Source: Microcystis aeruginosa NIES-843 (GTDB lineage Bacteria; Cyanobacteriota; Cyanobacteriia; Cyanobacteriales; Microcystaceae). From it: a stretch of DNA of 32,000 bases. The notes under the pieces are model-generated. The model ran no database searches, was not told the DNA's origin, and saw only the letters and a list, made by a program, of their open reading frames with translations. Where the stretch lies: the NCBI RefSeq assembly GCF_000010625.1, contig NC_010296.1:3060001-3092000 (forward strand), read 5' to 3'. Shown in pieces: positions 23,685 to 32,000 of this stretch. The position numbers and the translations under genes were made by a program. How positions within the stretch are numbered: position 1 is the stretch's first letter; each line of letters opens with the position of its first letter.

Positions 23685-24449
23685 TTAAGCCATAACCATG
23701 CCACCATCGACGTTAAAGACTTGACCACTGATATAAATAGCGGCGGGATCGGCGGCTAAAAAACGCACCATTCCGGCGACTTCTTCCGGTTTTCCGTAAC
23801 GGGAGAGGGGGATATATTTGAGAATTTCATCTGCTTTGAGGTCATGAGTCATATCGGTTTCAATAAAGCCGGGGGCCACGGCATTAACAGTGATGCCTCG
23901 ACTGGCAAATTCTTTGGCTAAAGTTTTCGTTAAACCGATAACACCAGCTTTAGCGGCGCTGTAATTAGATTGACCCGGATTACCCATCAAACCGGATACA
24001 GAAGTGATGTTAATTATGCGGCCGCTTTTCTGTTTTAACATCAATTTACTGACGGCGCGAGTGCAGAGAAAAACTCCGGTTAAATTGAGATCGATGACCG
24101 CTTGCCAGTCTTCTAATTTCATTCTTAACATCAGGGTATCCCGGGTAATACCGGCATTATTAACTAAGACATCAATATGACCGAATTTTTCCTTGGTACT
24201 GTCCACTAAATTATCCACTTCTTCGCTTTTAGCCACATCTGCTTGTAGAGCTATTGCCTTTCCCCCGGCCGCGGTAATTTCTTCGACAACGGCATCGGCA
24301 GCACTGCTAGATTTAGCATAGTTCACCACTACAGTAGCACCCTGGCTGGCTAATTCCAAGGCGATCGCTTTACCGATCCCTCGCGAGGCCCCAGTTACTA
24401 TGGCTACTTTGTCTTGTAAATGCTGGCATTCTGCGGGTAATAGTTTCAT
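23685..24449 (-). CDS. fabG: 3-oxoacyl-[acyl-carrier-protein] reductase
   Basis: It carries the classical SDR motifs TGASRGIG, NNAG and S...YSAAK, with FabG-like context (NYAKSS...GKAIALQADV). ATG 24449 (MKLLPAECQ...) seems more plausible than the ORF-track start at 24479, but this is uncertain. Confidence 0.85.
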   Translation of the reverse strand: MKLLPAECQHLQDKVAIVTGASRGIGKAIALELASQGATVVVNYAKSSSAADAVVEEITAAGGKAIALQADVAKSEEVDNLVDSTKEKFGHIDVLVNNAGITRDTLMLRMKLEDWQAVIDLNLTGVFLCTRAVSKLMLKQKSGRIINITSVSGLMGNPGQSNYSAAKAGVIGLTKTLAKEFASRGITVNAVAPGFIETDMTHDLKADEILKYIPLSRYGKPEEVAGMVRFLAADPAAIYISGQVFNVDGGMVMA

Positions 24450-24602
24450 AATTTTCTGCATTCCCCAAATAATCGTCAAATCTCAAGAGAAAACTTTGTA
24501 CTGATAACTTTGCTCAAAACACTTCATTATCTCACAAGCGGGCCAATCTGACCGCAGCAATCCTCAAGCGCAATCGCTCTGTCCCCACTTTCCTCTATAG
24601 TA

Positions 24603-25502
24603 TCAGGGAGAATTGGCTGCCACTAATTGATCGAGTTGCTGCTGCATCAAATAACAGACTTTCTCATAACATTCGCGTACATAACGGCGGTCCCGGGCTG
24701 CTTTTTTGCCGTAACGTTCAAAAATAATTGGGGGACAAACCCGCGTCTGTATCGGTACGGGTAAGGGAATATTCGGCAAGGGACCGATAGCTAGTCCCCA
24801 GGGTAAACCGAAATAGATGGGACAGGTACCGGGGTCAATACCGAAAGGCCAAGGCATACCCTGTTTATGCAATTCTTTTAATTGAGGATAAATATCGTCG
24901 AGGACAAACAGAGTCGAGTGAGCGCCGTGGGAAATGGCGGGAATAATCGGCACTTCGTACTGTAAAGCTAGTTTAACAAAAGCTTGATTACCGGCAAAAT
25001 AAATTTTATTTCTTAAACTGTGGGGACGGAAAACATCGGTAGCACCTCCCGGATAAATGAGGACACTAGCGCCACTATTTAAAGCAGCGATCGCCATTTT
25101 CGGATGAGCATGAATGGCCCCCATTTGGGCCACTAGATGCGCTTGGGATGGAAAAACTTGCCAGACTCGCGAATCCATCAAACCATAGACTAAGCGATCG
25201 CTGCCAAAGCGTTGAAACCAATCATACATCATCATAAACATATCGGGAGCCGCTAAACCGCCGTTATGGGAGCCGATGAATAATACTTGTCCTGAGGGGG
25301 GAATATTTTCCCAACCATCGGTTTTGACGCGAAAATAATGGTGATAAAACCAATCCAGAAGGGGGACAAATTTTTCGATCACTTGCGGATCGCGATCCTC
25401 TAATGACCAACCGGTGAGGGTATCAACAGGGGCCTTGGCTGCTTGTAGGGATAATTCGGCAAAAGTCGCCGTAGATGAGACAAAAGAGCTAAAAATCTGC
25501 AT
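24603..25502 (-). CDS. acyltransferase family protein (LPLAT/DAGAT-like)
   Basis: This 299-aa ORF has FIGSHNGGLAAPD and YPGGATDVFRP motifs reminiscent of glycerolipid acyltransferases. The exact family has not been verified. Confidence 0.55.
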   Translation of the reverse strand: MQIFSSFVSSTATFAELSLQAAKAPVDTLTGWSLEDRDPQVIEKFVPLLDWFYHHYFRVKTDGWENIPPSGQVLFIGSHNGGLAAPDMFMMMYDWFQRFGSDRLVYGLMDSRVWQVFPSQAHLVAQMGAIHAHPKMAIAALNSGASVLIYPGGATDVFRPHSLRNKIYFAGNQAFVKLALQYEVPIIPAISHGAHSTLFVLDDIYPQLKELHKQGMPWPFGIDPGTCPIYFGLPWGLAIGPLPNIPLPVPIQTRVCPPIIFERYGKKAARDRRYVRECYEKVCYLMQQQLDQLVAANSP

Positions 25503-25607
25503 TGATGCCCAGTGGATAATTTAAGCGCATCTTATTATCGCAAATTTCGGTTAAAAAACCCATCGTTTTAGAACGGCTTTCCTCGATAATTCTATCATTT
25601 TTAATGT

Positions 25608-26093
25608 CTAATCTTCACAGTTGAACCAATTTTTATCTAATAGTTGCTCTAAACTGTAAGGACATTCTGAGGGAAAATCGCCAGAAAAACCAGTTTTTTG
25701 TTGAACATAATCGAAAGCATCCTGATAGATTATCGGTAATTCCTCAGCCAAATAATTCTGTAAATTCGTCGTTAAACATTTTCTTAATTGCGTGCGAAAA
25801 CTGATAATTTCCGCTCGCCAATGATTCCCTTTTATTTCTGCTTCTGTTGTCCAATATTGTAAAAGTAATAAATGCCTGATCACTTGTTCAAGTAAGCTAC
25901 TGACTCGGTTTTTATCTCTTTTACTCAAGCTTTCTAATTCCTCAATTAAATGGATTACATCTAATTCATCTAAGCGATTTTCCTTGAGGATTTTTATTGT
26001 TTCCTCTAACCAAAGATGTTGATCAATTTCGTAAAGTAGGGGCAGGGTTTCTCCTCCCTCTACTTGCCAGGAATTCTGATTTAAAGTTTTCAT
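25608..26093 (-). CDS. DUF29 domain-containing protein
   Basis: The sequence LYEIDQHLWLEETIKILKENRLDELDVIHLIEELESLSKRDK...GNHWRAEIISFR...LLDKNWF follows the same pattern as 8507..8944. Confidence 0.8.
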   Translation of the reverse strand: MKTLNQNSWQVEGGETLPLLYEIDQHLWLEETIKILKENRLDELDVIHLIEELESLSKRDKNRVSSLLEQVIRHLLLLQYWTTEAEIKGNHWRAEIISFRTQLRKCLTTNLQNYLAEELPIIYQDAFDYVQQKTGFSGDFPSECPYSLEQLLDKNWFNCED

Positions 26094-26324
26094 TGGGTTG
26101 TTGGCGGTTTTTAATAGGAAATAAGCTCCCTAATATATATTAAGCCACTTTCTCCTAATTTTGATAGTGAGAGGGAAAAATCACCGCCCATCTTTACAGT
26201 GCGATGCCGAAGGCACTGCGTAGCAGTACGCCGATCTTGTAGGGTGCGTTACACTATGTTAACGCCCCCCTTTACTGACTCAAGCTGTTAAAATATGTCG
26301 GATGAATTAAAGATTGGGTTTAAT

Positions 26325-26718
26325 TTATAACTCTACCCAATTCTCTAAACTTAATCCTTCAACCCTCAATAAATCACCGTCATTAGAAACAACAATTAAA
26401 CTTTTAACTATAGCAGTAGCAGCAATTAAAATATCTTCTGTTTGTATGGGTAATCCTCTTAATCTAAGATCAGCATGAATTTCGGCTGCTTTTTCTAAAA
26501 TAGCTAAATCATCTAATAAAATAATTTGATAATCCTGAGAAAGTTTGTTAAATCTTTCTCTTTGTTTAGGTGCAGCAACTGCCAACAATCCCCTCTTAAT
26601 TTCAAAATAAGTAATGCAACTGATAAAGATACTTTTTCTTTGAGCTTTGACATCTTCAATTTTTTGATAAACTTTAAGATCACGCTTAATTAGTATCTAG
26701 CGAATAACTGATAATTAC
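26325..26718 (-). pseudogene. PIN-domain (VapC-like) toxin gene with a lost start and a frameshift
   Basis: Directly after the upstream stop, the minus strand reads VIISYSLDTN and then a stop. The rest (LIKRDLKVYQKIEDV...YFEIKRG...TEDILIAATA...SNDGD) continues in another frame. No ATG, GTG or TTG precedes the LDTN motif. Confidence 0.7.
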
Positions 26719-27015
26719 CTATTTACGCTTAATTGCTTCATCGAAAATAACCATTTGTTCAGGAGTAAAATCGCCGCCAATTTTTGACAGGATTTCTGTG
26801 GACATAATAAAGCTACAATGCTCTTTCAGTTCTGCCTCTGACATAGTGTTAAATTCCTCAAAAGGTAAATTTTTTTCAAATAATTCAACCAAATGTTTCA
26901 CTATTTCTGAATAATTAAGTTCCTCTTTAAAGAAAGGACGGTCTTCCATTAAAATAGAAACAACTTGCTCAATTCTCTTAATCATCGATTTTTGTCTGAC
27001 ATCAGTTGATAACAT
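26719..27015 (-). CDS. hypothetical protein in antitoxin position upstream of the decayed PIN gene
   Basis: This 98-aa ATG ORF stops immediately before the PIN reading frame. I recognise no DNA-binding motif, so the assignment is by position only. Confidence 0.45.
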   Translation of the reverse strand: MLSTDVRQKSMIKRIEQVVSILMEDRPFFKEELNYSEIVKHLVELFEKNLPFEEFNTMSEAELKEHCSFIMSTEILSKIGGDFTPEQMVIFDEAIKRK

Positions 27016-27296
27016 ATTTATGCCGCCAGTAAATTTTCAATAATATTTATCAACTGCCAATATATCAAGTTTCTCGTGGTTATGCAACATCGTGAGTTCG
27101 ATCTCGAAGAGAAGAAAGCGGCGTAACGGTGTCTTGAGTGGGATGTATCACCATTCTCATCGGATGGTGATTTCTGCGATGTCGAACCTGTTTGGGGTGA
27201 AGATGTCTTTATGGTTAAAAGATCGCAAGGGACGCACCTTGTCGGACGAGGACATATTACACTATCCTTATGATAGTAGTAACCTTAGCCGAAACC

Positions 27297-27554
27297 ATGA
27301 AAACAATTAGTTTTAAAACCCGTGTAGGAGAAGATGGAACATTACAAATATCTTTACCGCATGAACTTAAAAACACAGATTTAGAAGTCACCTTAGTTGA
27401 TCAGCCAATATCTCTAAAAGAAAAAGAAGAAAAAACTACATTTAGCCAATGGCAAGAAGGCTTTTTTGAAGAAGTAATTGGCGGTTGGGAAGGTGAATTA
27501 TTAGTAAGAGAAAAACAGCCAGATTATGAGGAAAGAGCGCTCAAGAATGATTAA
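27297..27554 (+). CDS. antitoxin-like small protein
   Basis: MKTISFKTRVGEDGTLQISLPHELKNTDLEVTLV plus the C-terminal FFEEVIGGWEGELLVREKQPDYEERALK resembles the small cyanobacterial proteins usually found upstream of PIN toxins, and the N-terminus of 15584..15805. I prefer ATG 27297 to 27270. Confidence 0.55.
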   Translation: MKTISFKTRVGEDGTLQISLPHELKNTDLEVTLVDQPISLKEKEEKTTFSQWQEGFFEEVIGGWEGELLVREKQPDYEERALKND

Positions 27555-28323
27555 GGACAAAAATCAGCAAACCTATAGAGACCCTAGTATTGTCGGTTAT
27601 TATGCCCAATTAACCGCACTACAGCCAGCAGAAAAGACAATTTTAACCCTGCTGCAAGAGCATTTATCAACGATGAAAATGCTTGATTTAGGGGTAGGTG
27701 CGGGACGGACTACGAAGTATTTTGCCCCTCTTGTGGGAGAATATATCGGTGTTGATTATTCTACGGAAATGATCGCCGCTTGTCGTCAAAAATTCCCCCA
27801 TTTAGTCTGGCAAGTGGCCGATGCTAGAAATCTAGAACAATTTGCGGATAATTATTTTGATTTTATTCTCTTTAGTTTTAATGGCATTGATTATATTTCC
27901 CCTGCTGACCGTTTCCTAGTTTTAGAGGAAATTAGCCGCATCGGTAAAGCGGGTGGTTATTTTTGCTTTTCTAGTCATAATCTTCAGGGAATTATCCCAG
28001 AATTCGATTGGAAAAAAAAGATTAGTTTCAATCCTTTTAGTAGCTATGTCAATTTAGTCATCTGGGCGATTTTGCGTGCCTGTAATCCCTCTCTTAGCTA
28101 CGAACAGTTATTGACTGCTGACTATGCAATTATTCGGGATGAACCCCATAATTTTCGTCTCCGAAATTATTACGCCACTCCCAAAGAACAATTAAGACAG
28201 TTAAGGTCTTACTTTCAAGATATTAAAATTTATTCTTGGAAAACCGGTCAGGAAATTAACAGCGAACAAGAGTTAAATACTAATCTTGATCATTGGCTTT
28301 ATTATCTCTGTGTTATTCCCTAA
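27547..28323 (+). CDS. class I SAM-dependent methyltransferase
   Basis: Motif I is MLDLGVGAGRTTKYF and post-I is YIGVDYS, followed by FDFILFSFNGIDY. ATG 27547 overlaps the upstream stop by 8 nt (ATGATTAA). ATG 27526 is an alternative start. Confidence 0.8.
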   Translation: MIKDKNQQTYRDPSIVGYYAQLTALQPAEKTILTLLQEHLSTMKMLDLGVGAGRTTKYFAPLVGEYIGVDYSTEMIAACRQKFPHLVWQVADARNLEQFADNYFDFILFSFNGIDYISPADRFLVLEEISRIGKAGGYFCFSSHNLQGIIPEFDWKKKISFNPFSSYVNLVIWAILRACNPSLSYEQLLTADYAIIRDEPHNFRLRNYYATPKEQLRQLRSYFQDIKIYSWKTGQEINSEQELNTNLDHWLYYLCVIP

Positions 28324-31192
28324 TATTATCCTGCTTTTTTGGGGGATATTGAAGTAATGCTTGGGCAAGATAATGACCGGTGTAGGATTGTTCACATTTA
28401 GCCACGGTTTCCGGTGTTCCCACCGCGATTAATTCTCCTCCCTTGTCCCCTCCTTCCGGTCCCAAATCAATAATCCAATCGCTACAGCGAATCACGTCGA
28501 GATTATGTTCGATGACGATAATCGAATTACCTTTATCGACCAATCTTTGTAACACATCTAAGAGATGATGCACATCATAAAAAGATAATCCCGTAGTCGG
28601 TTCATCGATCAAATATAGGGTTTTTCCCGTGGCCCGTCGGGATAATTCGGCCGCTAATTTCACCCTTTGCGCTTCCCCACCGGATAAAGTGGGCGCGCTT
28701 TGACCGAGTTTACAGTATCCTAAACCCACATCCACGAGAGTTTGTAATCTGGTGGTGGCCCGGGGGACATTTTCAAAGACCTTTAATGCTTCCTCGATCG
28801 TCATATCTAAGACATCGGCGATCGAATACCCTTTATACTTAACCTGTAGGGTTTCCCGATTGTAACGCGCCCCTTTACACACATCACACTGCACATAGAC
28901 ATCGGGGAGAAAATTCATCTCGATGACGTTTACTCCTTGGCCTAGGCAAGCTTCACAGCGTCCTCCTTTAACATTAAAAGAAAACTGCCCCGCTTTGTAA
29001 CCTCTAGCTTTTGCTTCGATGGTTTCGGTGAAAATCTCGCGAATAATGTCAAAAACCCCCGTATAGGTGGCAGGATTTGACCGAGGAGTGCGTCCTATCG
29101 GTGATTGGTCGATGACAATTACTTTATCAACCGCGTCCAATCCTTCCACTTTCTCTAATTCTTTGGGGAAGGGAGTTAAACGGGTTAAATGATGTTGTAA
29201 AGCTGGATATAATAACTCATTAATTAAGGTGGATTTGCCTGAACCAGATACCCCCGTAATCGAGACTAATTTTCCTAAAGGAATCGTTACATCAATATTT
29301 CTTAGGTTATTTTGATGGCAATTTTTTAAAACTAAAGCATTACCATTCCCTTCCCTTCTTTGGGGAGGAGTTTCAATAACTTTGCGTCCCGATAAATATG
29401 CCCCTGTTATCGATTTTTTGGACTTTAAAAGGGTTTTAAAACTGCCTTGACAGATGATTTCTCCGCCATGAATCCCCGCTTTTGGACCGATATCGACCAC
29501 ATAATCGGCTGCCCGAATCGTTTCTTCATCGTGTTCGACGACAATTAAAGTATTACCTAAATCTCGCAATCTTTGCAGGGTTTCTAACAGTTTACTATTA
29601 TCTCTTTGGTGTAATCCGATGCTAGGTTCATCGAGAACGTATAATACTCCTGTTAATCCCGAACCGATTTGAGTGGCTAATCGAATTCGTTGGGATTCTC
29701 CCCCGGATAAAGTCATCGCCGGTCGATCGAGGGTAAGATAATCTAATCCCACATCGATTAAAAATTGTAGTCTCGCTTTGATTTCTTTGAGGGCTAATTC
29801 CCCAATTAATGCTTGTCTTGGGGTTAAATGACAATCATTAATTCTCTGCAAACAATCCCGAATGGTAACTCCGGTAAAATCCGTGATTGTATATTGTCCT
29901 AAACGTACCGATAAAGCTTCCGGTTTTAATCTTTTTCCGTGACAAACTTCGCAGGTTTGGTTAACAATATATTTCTCTAGTCTTTGTTTAATAACTTCCG
30001 AGGTGGTTTCTTGATAATTCCTATCTAAGATATTGATAACTCCCGCAAATTCTCGATAGTAACCGCGACCAGTATCATAACGGTAATCATCTTCAAAATA
30101 GATCGGTTCTTTACTCCCATAGAGAATGATATCTTGCTGGGTTTTTGTTAGTTTCTGCCAAGGGGTTTGAATTTCAAAACCTAAAGCTTGCCCTAAACCG
30201 TAGAGGAGAGAAAGATAGTAGGAGTTATCCTTATCTGACCAGGGGGCAATAGCAGAATAAACCGGTTGTTTCGGGTCTGGAATGACTAAATCTGCCGAAA
30301 ATTTCCGTAAACTGCCCAATCCGTGACAGTTGGGACAAGCACCATAGGGAGAATTAAAAGAGAATAAACGGGGGGATAATTCCTCCATAACTGCCCCGTG
30401 TTCGGGACAGGCAAATTTCTCGGAAAAGACAATTTCTTTGGTAACTTCGGGATTATCTTCGTTATTCTCATCGAGAATTTCCACAATCGCTACACCATCG
30501 GAATGCTTTAAACAAGTGGTTAAAGAATCTACTAATCTTTCCTGTAAACCCTCTTTTTTGATCAGGCGATCAATAACAATTTCAAGATCATGAAGATGTT
30601 TTTTATCTAACTCGATGCCCTCGGATAATTCTACTACCTTGCCGTCAATCCGCACCCGGGCAAAGCCTTGGGAGGCCAAACTAGAGATTAATTGCTTATG
30701 AGTGCCTTTTTTGCCGCGAATTACTGGGGCTAAGATTTGAAAACGGGTTTTCTCGGCCAATTCCATCACTCGATCGCACATTTGATCGATGGTTTGGGGG
30801 GCAATATTGCGATCGCAATGGGGACAATGGGGTTCACCGGCACGACCGAACAATAAACGCAAGTAATCGTAAATTTCCGTTACAGTTCCCACACTAGAGC
30901 GGGGATTGTGGGAAGTGGATTTTTGGTCGATGGAAATAGCCGGACTTAAACCCTCGATCGCATCCACATCGGGTTTATCTAATTGTCCCAAAAATTGGCG
31001 CGCGTAGGCGCTGAGGGACTCCACATAGCGGCGCTGTCCCTCCGCAAAAATAGTGTCGAAAGCGAGGGAAGATTTGCCCGATCCCGAAACTCCCGTAAAA
31101 ACAATCAACTGATTGCGGGGTAATTCGAGATCAACATTTTTGAGATTGTGTTGTCGGGCGCCACGGATACGGATCGAGTCAGTTTGAGCCAT
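28313..31192 (-). CDS. uvrA: excinuclease ABC subunit A
   Basis: The N-terminus reads IRIRGARQHNLKNVDLELPRNQLIVFTGVSGSGKSSLAFDTIFAEGQRRY. It has two ABC modules (LSGGESQR, LSGGEAQR) and zinc-finger Cys clusters. I prefer ATG 31192 to the TTG at 31219. Confidence 0.95.
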   Translation of the reverse strand: MAQTDSIRIRGARQHNLKNVDLELPRNQLIVFTGVSGSGKSSLAFDTIFAEGQRRYVESLSAYARQFLGQLDKPDVDAIEGLSPAISIDQKSTSHNPRSSVGTVTEIYDYLRLLFGRAGEPHCPHCDRNIAPQTIDQMCDRVMELAEKTRFQILAPVIRGKKGTHKQLISSLASQGFARVRIDGKVVELSEGIELDKKHLHDLEIVIDRLIKKEGLQERLVDSLTTCLKHSDGVAIVEILDENNEDNPEVTKEIVFSEKFACPEHGAVMEELSPRLFSFNSPYGACPNCHGLGSLRKFSADLVIPDPKQPVYSAIAPWSDKDNSYYLSLLYGLGQALGFEIQTPWQKLTKTQQDIILYGSKEPIYFEDDYRYDTGRGYYREFAGVINILDRNYQETTSEVIKQRLEKYIVNQTCEVCHGKRLKPEALSVRLGQYTITDFTGVTIRDCLQRINDCHLTPRQALIGELALKEIKARLQFLIDVGLDYLTLDRPAMTLSGGESQRIRLATQIGSGLTGVLYVLDEPSIGLHQRDNSKLLETLQRLRDLGNTLIVVEHDEETIRAADYVVDIGPKAGIHGGEIICQGSFKTLLKSKKSITGAYLSGRKVIETPPQRREGNGNALVLKNCHQNNLRNIDVTIPLGKLVSITGVSGSGKSTLINELLYPALQHHLTRLTPFPKELEKVEGLDAVDKVIVIDQSPIGRTPRSNPATYTGVFDIIREIFTETIEAKARGYKAGQFSFNVKGGRCEACLGQGVNVIEMNFLPDVYVQCDVCKGARYNRETLQVKYKGYSIADVLDMTIEEALKVFENVPRATTRLQTLVDVGLGYCKLGQSAPTLSGGEAQRVKLAAELSRRATGKTLYLIDEPTTGLSFYDVHHLLDVLQRLVDKGNSIIVIEHNLDVIRCSDWIIDLGPEGGDKGGELIAVGTPETVAKCEQSYTGHYLAQALLQYPPKKQDNIRE

Positions 31193-31393
31193 CGGACGGT
31201 GCCAAGTAGTCCTTAACAATCATAGCTTTGACGAATGGGTTTCAGCTACTAAGTAGGTAGGTGTTAAAAATTGTCAGATACCCCCTTATTAAGGGGGGAT
31301 TAAGGGGGGATCGAAGGCAAAATCTATCTTCTATTTAATTAAAACCACTTACTTAGAAAACCAGTCTTCTATCATATCAGAAGATTATCGGAG

Positions 31394-32000
31394 TTAAACC
31401 GCCCGTTCGAGAAACTCGCGCATATCTCGTTCGGCCGCAGGGCAACAGCCATGACTCGCTTCTTCTTCTAAATGGGCTAAAACTGGGCAATTAATCCGAT
31501 AATCTGGTTCTTTTGACCGTTCTAGCCGCAATTCGTACACTTGTTTTTCCAGTTGTTCGATGCGGTCCACCAAAGCGCGAATAGCCACCGCTTCCGAGTC
31601 GGGTAAATCACCGTGTTCGAGGGGTTCCACCCGCGTCCCAGCGCGATAGATTAAACGACCGGGTACACCAACAACGGTACAATCGGCGGGAATATCGCGC
31701 AGGACCACAGAACCAGCACCGACGCGAACGTTATTACCCAGATAAATATTACCTAAAACCTTGGCCCCAGCGCCGACGACCACATTTTCCCCTAGAGTCG
31801 GGTGACGTTTACCGCTTTCTTTCCCCGTCCCTCCTAAAGTAACTCCCTGATAGATGAGGGCATAATCACCGACAATGGCCGTTTCTCCGATGACAACTCC
31901 CATGCCATGGTCGATAAAAACACCCTGACCAATTTGGGCGCCGGGGTGAATTTCGATACCAGTCAGAAAACGGGCAAGATGGGAAATTAAACGGGGAATA
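31394..32000 (-). CDS. cysE: serine O-acetyltransferase, C-terminal part (5' end beyond window)
   Basis: The frame is open to the window edge ([41 protein letters not shown]...), which is the left-handed beta-helix hexapeptide region typical of CysE. A helical, Cys-containing C-terminal extension of about 70 aa follows. Confidence 0.9.
   Translation of the reverse strand, partial: IPRLISHLARFLTGIEIHPGAQIGQGVFIDHGMGVVIGETAIVGDYALIYQGVTLGGTGKESGKRHPTLGENVVVGAGAKVLGNIYLGNNVRVGAGSVVLRDIPADCTVVGVPGRLIYRAGTRVEPLEHGDLPDSEAVAIRALVDRIEQLEKQVYELRLERSKEPDYRINCPVLAHLEEEASHGCCPAAERDMREFLERAV

Noticed and set aside
27092-27310. 72-aa GTG-start ORF
   Set aside because: I recognise no family, and it overlaps the better-supported start (27297) of the antitoxin-like gene. 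I kept it as an unexplained region in the findings rather than as a feature.
28313-28323. 11-nt convergent overlap of the methyltransferase and uvrA 3' ends as a regulatory feature
   Set aside because: Short convergent 3' overlaps are common and need no special explanation. I found no associated structure.
31219-31219. TTG start giving a 9-aa N-terminal extension of UvrA (similarly TTG 8486 for DUF29 and ATG 24479 for FabG)
   Set aside because: Downstream ATG codons give N-termini that match the usual beginnings of these families (MAQTDSIRIRGARQHNL, MSSTAYETDY, MKLL...KVAIVTGASRGIG). The longer forms are probably ORF-finder extensions.
31270-31310. The motif cccccttattaaggggggattaagggggga between cysE and uvrA as a terminator
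   Set aside because: It forms a 7-bp G/C-A/T hairpin with a 3-nt loop and a tandem attaagggggg unit, but no U-tract follows on the minus strand. It resembles a common short cyanobacterial repeat, so I did not call it a feature.

Overview
This window looks like a cyanobacterial chromosome segment. It has moderate to low G+C, several GCGATCGC (HIP1) sites, abundant heptanucleotide STRR-type repeats and three DUF29 loci. I would guess Microcystis-like, but that is inference only. Conserved genes sit among a lot of mobile and repetitive DNA. Conserved genes are: a partial ATP-grasp/alpha-E/transglutaminase triad (1-2511), tldD-DUF456-pmbA (9156-12791), an M48 peptidase with a TPR partner, a TauE exporter, an Anbu-type proteasome-like peptidase, fabG, an acyltransferase, uvrA and partial cysE. 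Mobile DNA includes a tnpB-only IS200/IS605 element (about 2578-4000), an IS5-like element whose transposase has an early in-frame stop (about 5611-6679), and an IS605-type tnpA/tnpB element (about 18467-20375) beside tRNA-Leu(CAA), whose tnpA is broken by a 43-nt palindromic insertion. There is also an orphan IS200/IS605 right-end (omegaRNA-scaffold-like) remnant at 7853-7900, and at least three MITE-like insertions, one with a clean 8-bp target duplication inside a PIN toxin gene. Unusual coding features are a 375-nt (GGCTNN)n hexanucleotide tract encoding about 125 aa of (Ala-X)n in a pentapeptide-repeat membrane protein, and an RTX-type protein with three near-identical 336-363-nt tandem units showing a mosaic pattern. 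A CTGATAA heptamer array also forms the 3' end of the DUF456 ORF. The span 13.5-20.4 kb next to the tRNA looks like an accessory island (orphan C5-methyltransferase, decayed toxin-antitoxin module, RTX gene, IS). I see no CRISPR array, no rRNA and no recognisable complete defence system. The most system-like candidates are the Anbu-associated triad separated from its peptidase, and an antitoxin-like gene translationally coupled to a SAM methyltransferase. All homology calls come from motif recognition by eye, not from database searches.
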